Virus record (IMG/VR): IMGVR_UViG_3300000116_000136
Origin: a virus
Direction: 5' to 3' (one strand)
Length of the DNA: 29,128 bases
Shown: piece after piece, positions 7,702 through 16,398 of the stretch
How the letters are laid out: every line of letters begins with the position of its first letter
Numbering within the stretch: the first letter of the stretch is position 1
Notes under the pieces: model-generated
What the model was told of the DNA's origin: nothing
The model's database searches: none
The model's input: only the letters and a program-made list of their open reading frames with translations
Position numbers and translations under genes: made by a program

Positions 7702-9902
7702 ACCCTTAGTAATTCTAATTTTGCTAGTTTGCTCTGGTCTGTATTAAATTCTATTTTGTTAACTCTGTAATGCTGGTAGCCTATTTGTATCTTACCTCTA
7801 AAGCTAAAGTTAGCAATATCAGTTTCTGATAGTTTAGCATTAACCTTTAAAATTAAACCATTTGTTTCGTTATACCTATCTTTTATGTAATTAAACCAGT
7901 ATTTGTTAAATAGTGTGTTTGTAGTTTGTGTACCTAAACCAAATACTGCGTTAGGGTTTATTAATCCATATAACAAACTATTGCCACTACTTGCGTTACT
8001 TATGTTATTACTAAAAAAAGTAGCGTTTACTGTGTTTTCGCTTACGTCCTCCCAGCTAGTTACTGGTATCATAAAACCTATATCGTCTGCGTGGTCTAAT
8101 GGTGTAAAGCCAAACTCTAAAAGGGCATCAGAGCTACTAAAATCTCTTTTATATATTAATCGTGGTGCATTGTCAAATCCTTTATATTCTGTACCATCGC
8201 TTTCGGTTATTGTCTGTAAAACTAATTGCGTTTCTGATAATCTAGCTACGTATGGCGAAGCAAACACCTTGTTTTCTATTACTACTTCTGTGTCGCTATC
8301 TATGTCTAGCGTTATTCTATGGTCGCCAAAACCTATACCGTTAGATTGTTTATATAAGTTTTTATAGTAATCGTTGTCCTCTGCTACGTGTCTAAACTCT
8401 ATACGCTTAGGCATTTCTAAAGGCTCTATAACCATTTCGTTTATATCTACCTTATCAGTCCAGTCAGTTACAGTATCTACCGCAAACGTGTCGTAAGGCT
8501 CTATCTTTATAATCTTATTGCCTTTGTTTTCTAAAGTAAGATTAAAATTTTGAAAAACATCTGTTACTATATCAGCTAATTTAATATCGCCTATACTTTC
8601 ACATATTAAATTCTGTGTTGGCGTTACCTCTGTTTCTTCTATTGTTAAATTAAACGTAGAGTAGTATTCACTTTCTACTATCCATAAATTAGAGTATTGT
8701 GCTTGAATAACAAAGAAAATTATATCGCCAGCGTTTAAATCTAATTGCCCACTAAAAGTACGCTCGAAATATTTTACTGGAAACGTACCACCTACTGATG
8801 GGTTTAAAGGCGAAGATACATCGTAATAATATTCGTCAATTACTACACCGCCAGCATATTTTTGAGCTACTAAGGTAATATCTTGCATACCGTTCTGCGT
8901 TTTAAACGGTAGGGTAATGTCAAATTTAATTTGCGTTTCTGTTTCTGCATTTTGGTAATAACTAGCACCACCCAAAAACCAGTTATCGTTAATGTCGCTA
9001 GTTTCGTTACTCCACCTTAATGCTTCTTGTTGACCGCCTATATCAATAGGCGACATAGTAAAACCAGTATTATCATCGTCTGTATTGCGTATTGACGTAC
9101 TGCTATCAGAATCATTTATATAGGTTGTAGCTATTGCAGTAGAATTAATAATGTTACCAGTTATATCGTTAATGGTAGTTCCTATGCCAGTATCAAAGAA
9201 TATGTTTTTAAAGTCTACACTATTAAAAAAGTCGCTATTATAAGTAAAGCCAGCAAAAGCAAATATCTTATCTATAATATACTTTAACTTTATATTTAAC
9301 AAGTAATTTGTAGAACCAGTATAGAAACCACTAGCAAAAGCAAACTGCGTATCTTCTGGTGCGTTATCTTCGTCTATCATTTGCCCATCGTCTACTAATG
9401 GGTAAAATACATTGTCAGTAGTACCACCAGCAGACAAAACAGTTACACCAGTCCAGCTATTTTCTATATTAGCACTACTAGGCACGTGTGCAATATCTGT
9501 GTAGTCTAAGTTACATAATGTACTATCGCCTAACGTGTCTATAAGGTTTGTAACGTCATTAAATAAAACTACGTTGTATGTTGTCTCGGTGTCTTTATCT
9601 AATACGTTTAAAAGCCTTATAAAGCCCTCAAATATTAATACGTCCTCTTCAAATAATAAAGCCTTTACGTTTTTGTACACATTAAAATCTACTGTAACCC
9701 TATCAAGGTTATTGTAATGCTCGAAAAATTTGTTGTTATTTTTAGTTGCTGGTAAATTAAAATCTTTAGAGTAACTAGCATTTTTACTACTAATATCTCT
9801 AACATCGTCTACTTGTAGCGTTAAGTTTATATTTTCATTACCGTAAGTATCTAAAATATATTCTTTGCCAGATGTTTGTTCTATTGCTACTAGTTTTATC
9901 AT
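7698..9902 (-). CDS. Large virion structural protein, probably tail tip/baseplate (734 aa)
   Basis: Largest ORF, in the tail block, Asn/Thr/Asp-rich beta-type composition. No specific family recognised. Confidence 0.5.
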   Translation of the reverse strand: MIKLVAIEQTSGKEYILDTYGNENINLTLQVDDVRDISSKNASYSKDFNLPATKNNNKFFEHYNNLDRVTVDFNVYKNVKALLFEEDVLIFEGFIRLLNVLDKDTETTYNVVLFNDVTNLIDTLGDSTLCNLDYTDIAHVPSSANIENSWTGVTVLSAGGTTDNVFYPLVDDGQMIDEDNAPEDTQFAFASGFYTGSTNYLLNIKLKYIIDKIFAFAGFTYNSDFFNSVDFKNIFFDTGIGTTINDITGNIINSTAIATTYINDSDSSTSIRNTDDDNTGFTMSPIDIGGQQEALRWSNETSDINDNWFLGGASYYQNAETETQIKFDITLPFKTQNGMQDITLVAQKYAGGVVIDEYYYDVSSPLNPSVGGTFPVKYFERTFSGQLDLNAGDIIFFVIQAQYSNLWIVESEYYSTFNLTIEETEVTPTQNLICESIGDIKLADIVTDVFQNFNLTLENKGNKIIKIEPYDTFAVDTVTDWTDKVDINEMVIEPLEMPKRIEFRHVAEDNDYYKNLYKQSNGIGFGDHRITLDIDSDTEVVIENKVFASPYVARLSETQLVLQTITESDGTEYKGFDNAPRLIYKRDFSSSDALLEFGFTPLDHADDIGFMIPVTSWEDVSENTVNATFFSNNISNASSGNSLLYGLINPNAVFGLGTQTTNTLFNKYWFNYIKDRYNETNGLILKVNAKLSETDIANFSFRGKIQIGYQHYRVNKIEFNTDQSKLAKLELLRV

Positions 9903-9903
9903 T

Positions 9904-11313
9904 TTAATTTCTTTGTATTCTAGTTTCGTGTCCTTTTTCTAAAGTAATAAAATATTGCTTAACTTTATTATTTACAGTAGTTTGTTTTATGTATTCGCTT
10001 GCAGTTATTACTACTGGCTCAAAATTGCCATCAGCGTTTTGTATGTGTACGTCTGGACTAGTAAATAACTCTTCTAATAAATTAGCTTCGTCCTCTGTTA
10101 TAAAGTCTGTGTTAGCTTCTATTATTTCTCTAGCGTTTACGTTGTATGTCTTAGCACCACCCTCTTGTGTAGCGTAATTCCAGCCAGCACTTGCAGCGTA
10201 TGGTATTGCTGGTTTGTCAAAACCGTAACTTTGCTTGTAGTTGCTTCTAACTATATTAGTTGTACGTATAGATTTTTTATCAAAGTTGTAGTAATCCCAC
10301 GCACCCAAACGATTAACAAAAGCTAACCTTATATTTTCATACCCTTTACAGTCAGCATCAGTAATATCAAATCTATAAACGTGCGACATAGTTGCACTAG
10401 CTTCGTTTCTAACTTCTAAAGTATAGTATGCTACGTTAGCAAAGTCCGAAGAATGTGCGTTAATTATATTTTGTACTCCGCATCCTATATACAATATTCT
10501 ATGCGTGTAAAAATGACTAGTACCGTTAACACTTATACCACCGTTACTACTATCTGCATTAAAATCTATGGTTTCTAAAAGGCTATCGCTACTATTGTAC
10601 AGTTTAAATCTGTAACGTCTAGCATCAGATGTTACGTCTGCGTTGTCTAGTTTATATGTACCTTGAAAAACCGCCATAGTATGATAGTCGCCTAGTCTTA
10701 CTTTACGGTTTACTGTGTTCGGCAAAGAGCTTAATAGGTTCTTGCTACCGCCTACCATCATATAAGGCGTTAAATCCATTCTTTGACCTTGTACGTGTTG
10801 TTGTACACCATTCCAGAACCAGTAATAATTTTGTAAAACGCTTTGTGTTTCGTTTGTTGTTATTACAGTACCAGAAGCGTTAGTATAAGTTGCAGAAATT
10901 GTAAACCTAAAGCCTTTAATGTTATTGTTACATCCACTTAATTTATCTATCTTATGTATTGCGTGGTGGTCTGTTTTGGCTAAGACACCATTAAATGTAC
11001 TATTAGTTTGTAAGTTTTCATAACCAGCAAAAGGTGGTACAAAACATCCCGTATTGTCAGTCTTACAATAGTCTTGCACTACACTAGCTACATTAAATAT
11101 AGCATCGCCATCTAAATCTGTACGAGCTGGTGCAGTTAAAGTTACTAGCAAGTTATTTAAGTTGTCTTTTATTTTTAGTATGTATCTGGCGTTTGTAGCA
11201 CCGTTATTTATTTCTACACCTAAACCATCAGCACGTAAGTAAAAGTCTTGATATGCTGGGTTTAAATTTTGTCTGTGGTTAAATTGTGTACCCTCTTGTA
11301 TTGATATTGCCAT
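9904..11313 (-). CDS. Virion structural protein, probably a tail component (469 aa)
   Basis: Only 1 nt separates its stop from the downstream ATG (9902). Beta-rich composition. No family recognised. Confidence 0.45.
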   Translation of the reverse strand: MAISIQEGTQFNHRQNLNPAYQDFYLRADGLGVEINNGATNARYILKIKDNLNNLLVTLTAPARTDLDGDAIFNVASVVQDYCKTDNTGCFVPPFAGYENLQTNSTFNGVLAKTDHHAIHKIDKLSGCNNNIKGFRFTISATYTNASGTVITTNETQSVLQNYYWFWNGVQQHVQGQRMDLTPYMMVGGSKNLLSSLPNTVNRKVRLGDYHTMAVFQGTYKLDNADVTSDARRYRFKLYNSSDSLLETIDFNADSSNGGISVNGTSHFYTHRILYIGCGVQNIINAHSSDFANVAYYTLEVRNEASATMSHVYRFDITDADCKGYENIRLAFVNRLGAWDYYNFDKKSIRTTNIVRSNYKQSYGFDKPAIPYAASAGWNYATQEGGAKTYNVNAREIIEANTDFITEDEANLLEELFTSPDVHIQNADGNFEPVVITASEYIKQTTVNNKVKQYFITLEKGHETRIQRN

Positions 11314-11317
11314 TTGT

Positions 11318-11836
11318 TTAGTTTATTTCTTTGCTTACAAATTGTAAAAATTTCTGTGCATCGTTTGCGTATGCTTTTATAAATGCTTTTGGTAAATCTC
11401 TATATGCTATGTTAAACGCATCAGTAAAAAAGTTACTAGGTTTTACGCCATAAAGTTTTACGCTTCTTGCTATCATAAACACTAAGCTTTTGCGTTTTAT
11501 AAATCTACCTTTTTTATCCCTTGCACTTTTTAACCCTTTACGCACCACCCACTTATCTATTACTCCGCTAGGTGGTTGCTTGTTTGTGTACTTGTATGGG
11601 CTTCGTGGTGCTTTCGCATTACTTATACTACCTTGTACACCTTTATCTACTAAGTCTGCATATCCAGCCCCTACAAAGTCCATTTCTATTGCACCGCTTG
11701 GGTAAACGTGTACCACGTAACCCAGACTACTACCTAAGTCGCCAGACGCATTTTTTCCTTTAGCGTTTAAAATACCACGTGCAGACTGCACCACCTTTTT
11801 ACCAAAGGCATTTAATACTTTTTCGCTTTGTAGCAT
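11318..11836 (-). CDS. Possible HK97-gp10-like neck / tail-completion protein (172 aa)
   Basis: Segment SARGILNAKGKNASGDLGSSLGYVV...GYADLVDKGVQG resembles the gp10-family core (x-TG-x-L-x-S ... YA-x-x-VE-x-G). Weak, from memory. Confidence 0.35.
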   Translation of the reverse strand: MLQSEKVLNAFGKKVVQSARGILNAKGKNASGDLGSSLGYVVHVYPSGAIEMDFVGAGYADLVDKGVQGSISNAKAPRSPYKYTNKQPPSGVIDKWVVRKGLKSARDKKGRFIKRKSLVFMIARSVKLYGVKPSNFFTDAFNIAYRDLPKAFIKAYANDAQKFLQFVSKEIN

Positions 11837-12291
11837 TATACGCTAGCTATAAATATTTCTATGTCTACCGTTGCAGATGCGTGTGCGTTATGTACATAGA
11901 TAGTTTCTATTGCACCTACAGATGTTATAGCTGCCTTACTCGCTGCACCATTAACATTAACTGTAAATAGTTGTTGCGTTCCTAATGCTGGTATCTCTAC
12001 TGCACCAGAAGTAGCACTAGCTGCTAAAGTTAAAATTACTACGTTAGTATCGTCTAAGTTAGTTACTCTAATGTACTTTACATCTTCGGTGTCAAAACTA
12101 TCGTTAGTAGCGGTACTAGCTAAAGTAGCTAAACTATGCGTAGTGTTAGCAGTTAGCGTAATAGTTCTTTTAGATACTGTCTGTATATCTGCTACGGTCT
12201 TAGTTATTGTTTGGTTGTAAGTAGTACCGTTTAGCGTTATGCTCTCGGTTGTAGCTACTGTTAAATTTGATGTCGTTATAGTTGTTGCCAT
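11836..12291 (-). CDS. Hypothetical Thr/Ala-rich beta structural protein (151 aa)
   Basis: ATG start and TAATG junction with the downstream gene. Located in the structural block. Confidence 0.6.
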   Translation of the reverse strand: MATTITTSNLTVATTESITLNGTTYNQTITKTVADIQTVSKRTITLTANTTHSLATLASTATNDSFDTEDVKYIRVTNLDDTNVVILTLAASATSGAVEIPALGTQQLFTVNVNGAASKAAITSVGAIETIYVHNAHASATVDIEIFIASV

Positions 12292-12302
12292 TGTTTAATT
12301 AT

Positions 12303-12785
12303 TTATTGTAATTCGTTACACGCACTTGCGTTAAAATCTACGTTAATTGTTATGTTACCAGTCCATCCACTTACTTCGTTGTCAAATCGTTCTGTAAATG
12401 GTTCACACGCTATACTGTCTTGTATTCTAACTGCGTGTCTAAAATCGTCATCGTAATCAGTATTAAAGTCTGTGTTTTTAAGCTGGCTAATAACATCGCC
12501 TATAACTTGTAGCATATCGCTTAATACGTCCTCTTCGTTGCTCTCGTCTTTACTTACTAAGTCCATTACTATTACTTGAAAATTGTAAGTTAATACATTT
12601 TTCGTGTAGCTTGCGGTCTGTGTACCTACGTGCATTAATGGATAAGTAGTTTCTGTTAAGTCTATTTCGAAAATGTCGCCTATTGTCGTAGTCTGTATAA
12701 ATACATTATTATTACCTACGCTTTTAAACATATCGTATAACATATTTAGTGTTACGTTCTTTATCTGTTTACCTTTATATATCAT
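12303..12785 (-). CDS. Hypothetical structural (neck/tail) protein (160 aa)
   Basis: Its ATG forms an ATGA overlap with the stop of the -1 frame extension of the upstream gene. Confidence 0.6.
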   Translation of the reverse strand: MIYKGKQIKNVTLNMLYDMFKSVGNNNVFIQTTTIGDIFEIDLTETTYPLMHVGTQTASYTKNVLTYNFQVIVMDLVSKDESNEEDVLSDMLQVIGDVISQLKNTDFNTDYDDDFRHAVRIQDSIACEPFTERFDNEVSGWTGNITINVDFNASACNELQ

Positions 12786-13033
12786 TTCTTTTTCTGTATG
12801 TGTGCTAAATCTTTTTGGTATGCTATAAAATTAAAGCATTCGTTTACTGTTAAGTTTAGCACTCTGTCAAATTCTAAAATATTACCGTTAGCCAAATTAT
12901 AGATAATACTATACCAGCCATACCTTTCGCTAAACGCTTCCTCATCTGTCTTATAATCGACCGCCTCTTCGCTCTCGGTTGACTGTTTAAAGATTGTTGC
13001 GTAATGGCTATGTAGTCCATCCCTATACTCAAA
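12782..13033 (-). other. -1 frame extension (83 codons) continuing the upstream gene from the U9 run; would give a 257-aa fusion protein
   Basis: My translation: FEYRDGLHSHYATIFKQSTESEEAVDYKTDEEAFSERYGWYSIIYNLANGNILEFDRVLNLTVNECFNFIAYQKDLAHIQKKK. It ends in a TGA that overlaps the next ATG as ATGA. Confidence 0.6.
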
Positions 13034-13554
13034 AAAAAAGCGGATGCACCATTAACTGTATTAACACTTAGTCTAGTCTTAAATAGTTCAGCACGCTCTT
13101 TAGCAGTTCTAAAGTCGTACTCTTCTATCTCGTACTTATCGCCATCTGTTTCTGTAATCGGTCTGTACAGTATAGCCATTACACTAGCCATATCAGACCA
13201 TCCATTTGTTAGCTTGTTATCTAAATCTACAAACTCTTTTAATTTTAACTCGTGTAAATTAGGGTGTAAACCGTAATCTATATCGTCTATGGTTACAATT
13301 AAATTTAAGTCTTGGTTTATTGTTTTTTCTGTTAAACTATTTAACTCTTCTAATACCGCATCTATATCGGACTTCTTACACCCCTCTAATAATTCTAGTG
13401 GTGCTTTAGTAAAGGCGTTAATTGTTATAAGTTGCTTAGACAATTCGTCTGGTGCATTTTCGTATGCTACCATAAAATCCATATAACTACCTAGACTGAC
13501 CTCATTCCAGTCTTGCGGTATGTAATAATTGTTGTCGTTGATAACTAGTTTCAT
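12874..13554 (-). CDS. Zero-frame product (226 aa) of the first gene after terL; tail-assembly-chaperone-like N-terminus
   Basis: ATG at 13554. After the U9 run, the 0-frame tail (LSIGMDYIAITQQSLNSQPRAKRRSIIRQMRKRLAKGMAGIVLSIIWLTVIF) looks like out-of-frame sequence and leaves an 88-nt gap before the next gene. Confidence 0.55.
   Translation of the reverse strand: MKLVINDNNYYIPQDWNEVSLGSYMDFMVAYENAPDELSKQLITINAFTKAPLELLEGCKKSDIDAVLEELNSLTEKTINQDLNLIVTIDDIDYGLHPNLHELKLKEFVDLDNKLTNGWSDMASVMAILYRPITETDGDKYEIEEYDFRTAKERAELFKTRLSVNTVNGASAFFLSIGMDYIAITQQSLNSQPRAKRRSIIRQMRKRLAKGMAGIVLSIIWLTVIF
13031..13039 (-). promoter_or_regulatory. Slippery homopolymer (U9 on the mRNA) in register GC[U UUU UUU]UUG
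   Basis: Nine A on the plus strand. Codon phase was checked against the track protein (...NGASAFFLS...). Confidence 0.6.
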
Positions 13555-13581
13555 TATTATAGTATATAAAATTAAAGGTTT
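13555..13581 (-). promoter_or_regulatory. Promoter-like motif AAACCT-N7-TATATA-C-TATAAT-A-ATG
   Basis: Minus strand reads AAACCT TTAATTT TATATA C TATAAT A ATG. Near-copy of the motif at 1516..1541, and likewise downstream of a hairpin. Confidence 0.35.
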
Positions 13582-13611
13582 GAGTACATTTGTCTTGTGT
13601 ATTGTTTTTCT

Positions 13612-13642
13612 AAAGGGTGTGTAGCTACGGTTGCCACCCTTT
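13612..13642 (-). terminator. Stem-loop immediately after the terL stop; possible weak or bidirectional terminator
   Basis: AAAGGGTG / CACCCTTT 8-bp stem with a 15-nt loop. There is a T tract on the plus-strand side only; the minus-strand side has just UUU. Confidence 0.35.
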
Positions 13643-13643
13643 T

Positions 13644-14948
13644 TTATTGTACATAGTATTGCCCTTGCGGTTTTAACTCGTAATACATACGCATTGCTAA
13701 CGCATCGCTAAAGTCTGGCGAACGTCCAATAGCTAACTTTACTTCGTCCTTACTTATCAGTTGTAGCTTAGTATCTTTATCGAAATTCTTACGCCTTACT
13801 TGTTCTAGTTCTTGTATAATAAAATTCTTGTGCGTTATATTGTTACAGTTAATATACACCTCAGACTTGTTTAAAGCGTTGCTAAGAGCGTAATAGCATT
13901 GTGTCTTTAAGTTAGTATAGTTTTCGCCTCGTAATGCCTTAGAGTTGTTTACAAAACCTTTACACCTTAGTATGTCTTTTACACCACCACCTACGCCATC
14001 GTCATCGACTATAATATTACCCAGTTGTACGCTATGTAATCGTTGTAGCGTTCTTATTTCTTCTGCTGCCTCTACAACACTATTAGTGTCTAGCACCTTA
14101 AAGTATTCGGCTCGTAGACCATTCCAGTATATAATTACAGTTTTGTCTTTACCGTAGCGTGCTATATCAGCGGTTATGTAACCTTTGCCAGTCTTAGTGT
14201 CTTGTAATTCAAAAGAACCTAAAATAGCGTTGTAGTCTATTAGCTTATCTTCGCTATCGTCATACTCCCAGTTCCCCAGCAGTAGCCTTTGCTTACTTAC
14301 GTAGTCTAGTTTTTCTAGTTGTTGCTTATAGTGTTTAGATACGTGCTTATTGTCGCTTAGTAATGATTGTATAAATTTTCTGTATTCTGGTAGTGTGTTT
14401 TCTTTGCTCGGCTTATAGAAGCTGGTGTACACCCATTCCTTAGATGGGTTGCAAGTCATTAACATCTTAGGTATTAAATTATATTCGTCTAGCTTGTACC
14501 TAATTCTACTGCCTACTATTTGTTTAGCTTTTTCTGTTATCTGGTTACACTCGTCTACAAATACTGCGGTAAGTTCTAAACTACCTAGACTATCAAAGTT
14601 CCTATCGCTAGGGTATTGAAACAAATCTTTTAGTATTACTTCGCTACCATTGTAAAAGGTTATTACGTTAGTGCTGGCGTTATACTTGTAGTGTACGTTA
14701 GCTTTGATATTCCACGAAGCACACACCTCGAAAAAGGTAGCTAGGGTGGTTTTCTTTAAGGTGTCTAACTTACTACGACCTATTAAGCACCGTATGCCAT
14801 CGTAAGAAGTGCATAGTGTTATAATCCACGCACAACCTAAGTAAGACTTGCCACCACCAGCACCGCCACCGTATAGCAGTTCTGTCGTGGTATCGTCTGT
14901 TAGATACTTTAGGGCTTGCCCTTGTTTACTCGTTAGTGTCGCTATCAA
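13644..14948 (-). CDS. terL: Terminase large subunit
   Basis: Walker A GGGAGGGKS and Walker B AVFVDE. C-terminal nuclease-type acidic motifs ITADIARYGKD, IVDDDGVGGGV and SPDFSDALAM. The start codon at 14948 is TTG, and there is no in-frame ATG before Walker A. Confidence 0.9.
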   Translation of the reverse strand: MIATLTSKQGQALKYLTDDTTTELLYGGGAGGGKSYLGCAWIITLCTSYDGIRCLIGRSKLDTLKKTTLATFFEVCASWNIKANVHYKYNASTNVITFYNGSEVILKDLFQYPSDRNFDSLGSLELTAVFVDECNQITEKAKQIVGSRIRYKLDEYNLIPKMLMTCNPSKEWVYTSFYKPSKENTLPEYRKFIQSLLSDNKHVSKHYKQQLEKLDYVSKQRLLLGNWEYDDSEDKLIDYNAILGSFELQDTKTGKGYITADIARYGKDKTVIIYWNGLRAEYFKVLDTNSVVEAAEEIRTLQRLHSVQLGNIIVDDDGVGGGVKDILRCKGFVNNSKALRGENYTNLKTQCYYALSNALNKSEVYINCNNITHKNFIIQELEQVRRKNFDKDTKLQLISKDEVKLAIGRSPDFSDALAMRMYYELKPQGQYYVQ

Positions 14949-15321
14949 TTCTTAACTCTATGTTAATCGGTTTAATTTCGCCAGCTATGTCTAGTTCTGT
15001 TTTTTCTACGTACCCACGCCTCTTACCTTTTGTTTTTAAGTAAAATACTGTGGCTGGTGTATTGCCCTTTTTAATTTGCTTATGTAGATGGCTTTCTGCA
15101 AAGTCTATTGCCACATCGTCTATATCTTTAACTGCTAGTCTGTAATCTTCGTCTGTGTCCATCCATACATAGTGTGTAGTCCTATCTACGCCTACTATAT
15201 TTGCTGCGGTTGTTACCACTCCTAAAGTTTTTTCTAAAGCCTCTAGCATCGCTATTTTGTTCTTGGTTGTTTTATCTTGCATAGTGTCGAATTTGTCGAT
15301 TATTTTCCGCATAACGCACAT
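14926..15321 (-). CDS. terS: Terminase small subunit (HTH type)
   Basis: Immediately upstream of terL. Pattern LEALEKTLGVVTTAANIVGVDRTTHYVWMDTDEDYRLAV ... FYLKTKGKRRGY is typical of small terminases. The true start may be the internal ATG at 15282 (MQDKTT...), just after the ParB-like stop. Confidence 0.7.
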   Translation of the reverse strand: MCVMRKIIDKFDTMQDKTTKNKIAMLEALEKTLGVVTTAANIVGVDRTTHYVWMDTDEDYRLAVKDIDDVAIDFAESHLHKQIKKGNTPATVFYLKTKGKRRGYVEKTELDIAGEIKPINIELRIDSDTNE

Positions 15322-15740
15322 ACTATTTTATCTTTTTCTACTGGCTCAGCTTCGTCTGTATTAGCTATAACGTCATCTTCGTTTTGCCATACATTTAAAC
15401 CCCAGTCCTCTAACTCTACGCTATCCCACTCGTTAGCTAGTATGTCGTAATCCCAGTCGCCAAAGGATAAGTTATCTTTAATAATAAATTGTTGCTTTTG
15501 TTCGTCTGTTAAATCGCTTGCTTTAATTACCCATACTTCTTTATGCCCTAATTCAACCATCGCTCGGTATCTCATATTACCGCCTAGTATAATATAGTTT
15601 TCGTCTACTACTACTGGGCGAAGCTTTAGCATTTCTGGAAAATCTTGTATAGACTTCTTTAGCTTAACAAACTTAGCTTCGTTAACATTACGTGGGTTGT
15701 CTTTGTTTGGGTAAACTTGGTTAGTTGCTAATAGTTGCAT
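15300..15740 (-). CDS. ParB-like nuclease domain protein (146 aa)
   Basis: ParB N-terminal domain signatures: NPRNV, KLKKSI, RPVVV, ILGGNMRYRA. Confidence 0.75.
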   Translation of the reverse strand: MQLLATNQVYPNKDNPRNVNEAKFVKLKKSIQDFPEMLKLRPVVVDENYIILGGNMRYRAMVELGHKEVWVIKASDLTDEQKQQFIIKDNLSFGDWDYDILANEWDSVELEDWGLNVWQNEDDVIANTDEAEPVEKDKIVCALCGK

Positions 15741-15987
15741 TTGAGTATTTATTTAATAATTCTTTTTGTTCAGCTTCTTTAATATTGTTTTGTCTTTTTA
15801 TCTCAAAATTTAGGTGGTCTATCGTTTTCTGTAAGTCCTTTGTAATATCGTTGTCTGGCTTTTTACCAGCACGCATAAGATAAGCAAGAGCCACGCCTAT
15901 ATTATAGTTGTCGCCAGCAAAATCTTCTATAACTTCGTGTGCTTCGTAGCCATATACTTTACCCTTGTAGTAGTTTGGTGTTTTCAT
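15721..15987 (-). CDS. DUF3310-family protein (88 aa)
   Basis: Pattern YY.G...YEAHEVIEDF....YNIGVALAYLMRAGKK......DLQKTIDHL matches the DUF3310 consensus from memory. Confidence 0.6.
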   Translation of the reverse strand: MKTPNYYKGKVYGYEAHEVIEDFAGDNYNIGVALAYLMRAGKKPDNDITKDLQKTIDHLNFEIKRQNNIKEAEQKELLNKYSNATISN

Positions 15988-16184
15988 TATATCATATCTT
16001 TTTTAGAGCTTACTGTTCCTTGTGGTCTTTTTATTATAGAGCCAAAACCCTTATGCTCTTTTATGTATTCGCCATACGTTTCGCACTCTGTACAAAATGT
16101 TTCTGGCTTTACTACTTTACCATCTATTACTTTTATAGTAGTCTTGTGTACTTCAAACACCTTACACTTACATCTGTATTTCAT
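15987..16184 (-). CDS. Small Cys-containing protein (65 aa), possible zinc ribbon
   Basis: C-x-C near the N-terminus and C-x2-C (CTEC) mid-protein. TAATG junction with the downstream gene. Confidence 0.55.
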   Translation of the reverse strand: MKYRCKCKVFEVHKTTIKVIDGKVVKPETFCTECETYGEYIKEHKGFGSIIKRPQGTVSSKKDMI

Positions 16185-16398
16185 TTACTAGCTTTTTTAT
16201 ACCTTGATAACACGTGTTAATGCAGCTACTACAATTACTAGTAGTCTTGTATCTTGTTTTGTGTATCTCGTTGTATAGTGTTATAAGTTCGGCTTTTGCT
16301 TCTTTAGTCTTTGCTTGCCCAGTCTTACAAAATGCCCAGACATTTAAGATACGTTCTTTTTGTTCTTCTGTTATATTCATTACAGTACCTTTTTCCAT
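16168..16398 (-). CDS. Hypothetical early protein (76 aa, or 70 aa from the ATG at 16380)
   Basis: The internal ATG at 16380 forms a TAATG overlap with the upstream stop and is the more likely start (MNITEEQ...). C-terminus has C-x2-C-x3-C. Confidence 0.55.
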   Translation of the reverse strand: MEKGTVMNITEEQKERILNVWAFCKTGQAKTKEAKAELITLYNEIHKTRYKTTSNCSSCINTCYQGIKKLVNEIQM

